The notes under the pieces are model-generated. The model did no database searches. It was not told where the DNA came from and saw only the letters and a program-made list of their open reading frames with translations. A stretch of 63,856 nt of DNA, the filler included, from Lama guanicoe (lineage: Eukaryota): NCBI GenBank assembly GCA_013239625.1. It is 205 parts of 205 records of this genome, joined end to end, with 100 filler letters (N's around TTAATTAATTAA, not from the genome) between each part and the next. Parts side by side here need not be neighbours in the genome. Positions count along the whole stretch, not along the records: positions 63,333 to 63,544 come from PNXV01037051.1; positions 63,645 to 63,856 come from PNXV01037052.1; 203 more parts are not named here. One strand, 5' to 3'. A program made the translations under genes and the position numbers. Position 1 is the stretch's first letter. Every line of letters begins with the position of its first letter. Positions 63,233 through 63,856 of the stretch are shown one piece after another.

Positions 63233-63856
63233 NNNNNNNNNNNNNNNNNNNNNNNNNNNNNNNNNNNNNNNNNNNNTTAATTAATTAANNNNNNNNNNNN
63301 NNNNNNNNNNNNNNNNNNNNNNNNNNNNNNNNAGGCCCTCAGACCACCCTGACCGGGTGCTCATGGTGGCGCCAGGCTCCATGGTGTCCCCAAGGAGATG
63401 ACAAAGACACCCTCAGCCTCAAGAGCCATGCACAGCCTGTGTGGAGCCATCATTCTTCAAGACTCAATTCTGGTAACTTATTATAGTAACAAACAACACA
63501 AGATCGGAGGGTTATAGAATCCTTTTGTAGGGTCTCATGACACTNNNNNNNNNNNNNNNNNNNNNNNNNNNNNNNNNNNNNNNNNNNNTTAATTAATTAA
63601 NNNNNNNNNNNNNNNNNNNNNNNNNNNNNNNNNNNNNNNNNNNNGGTGTGGAGAAACTGGGGACTTTTTACATTTGGGTTCCCAGTGAACAAGTGTCCAA
63701 GTGGCCTTCTCATTTTATAAAGAGACAGCTGAATGTGTCCTTGGTCACTGAATCTGACCAACTTCAGGAGGATCCGTGGCATAAATGCAATGATAAAAAT
63801 GATATGTAGGTTACACAGTCAGGGCCAGGTGCAGCGTCCAGGCTTTCTCATAGCCC

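Larger units (their letters stand above)
1..63856. other. Artificial concatenation of 205 unplaced ~212-bp mammalian (probably camelid) contigs
   Basis: Strict 312-bp period (212 bp sequence + 100 bp linker). Exceptions are 625-835 (211), 9360-9570 (211) and 62711-62920 (210). Adjacent fragments show no continuity. Confidence 0.98.

Noticed and set aside
1608..63782. Most ORFs in the supplied track
   Set aside because: They reach 60 aa only by reading through N runs and end at the linker. Open frames of 50-70 codons are expected by chance in many of the 205x6 frames. Only the two OR frames have family motifs.
1..63856. CRISPR-like or cassette-like array (constant repeat plus constant-length unique spacers)
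   Set aside because: The repeat is a 12-bp six-frame-stop palindrome embedded in Ns. The spacers are 212-bp pieces of ordinary mammalian DNA, and there are no cas, integrase or recombinase genes. This is a bioinformatic linker.

Overview
This window is not one contiguous locus. It is an artificial concatenation of 205 unrelated short contigs, 202 of exactly 212 bp plus two of 211 bp and one of 210 bp. They are joined by 204 identical 100-bp linkers (N44-TTAATTAATTAA-N44, a palindrome with TAA stops in all six frames). The arithmetic closes exactly: 205x212 - 4 + 204x100 = 63,856. The DNA is mammalian (L1, L2, MIR, MaLR/ERVL, ERV LTR fragments, olfactory receptor genes). Short tRNA-Ala-derived SINEs and the L1 3' tail point to a camelid, by inference. 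Recognisable genic pieces are two olfactory receptor CDS fragments (OR4A-like and OR5M-like), a CpG-island promoter/5'UTR with a GTCACGTGAC E-box and an uORF, a convincing 110-nt coding exon, and a candidate 21-nt micro-exon. Four contigs belong to a 7-bp-period satellite. Two near-identical contig pairs have exactly 49-bp identical flanks, the signature of de Bruijn bubble arms. Most ORFs in the supplied track are artefacts ending in the linker. Neighbouring contigs are unrelated, so no multi-gene or array-type biological system can be supported here. Repeat family names come from recognition of consensus motifs and were not confirmed by a search.
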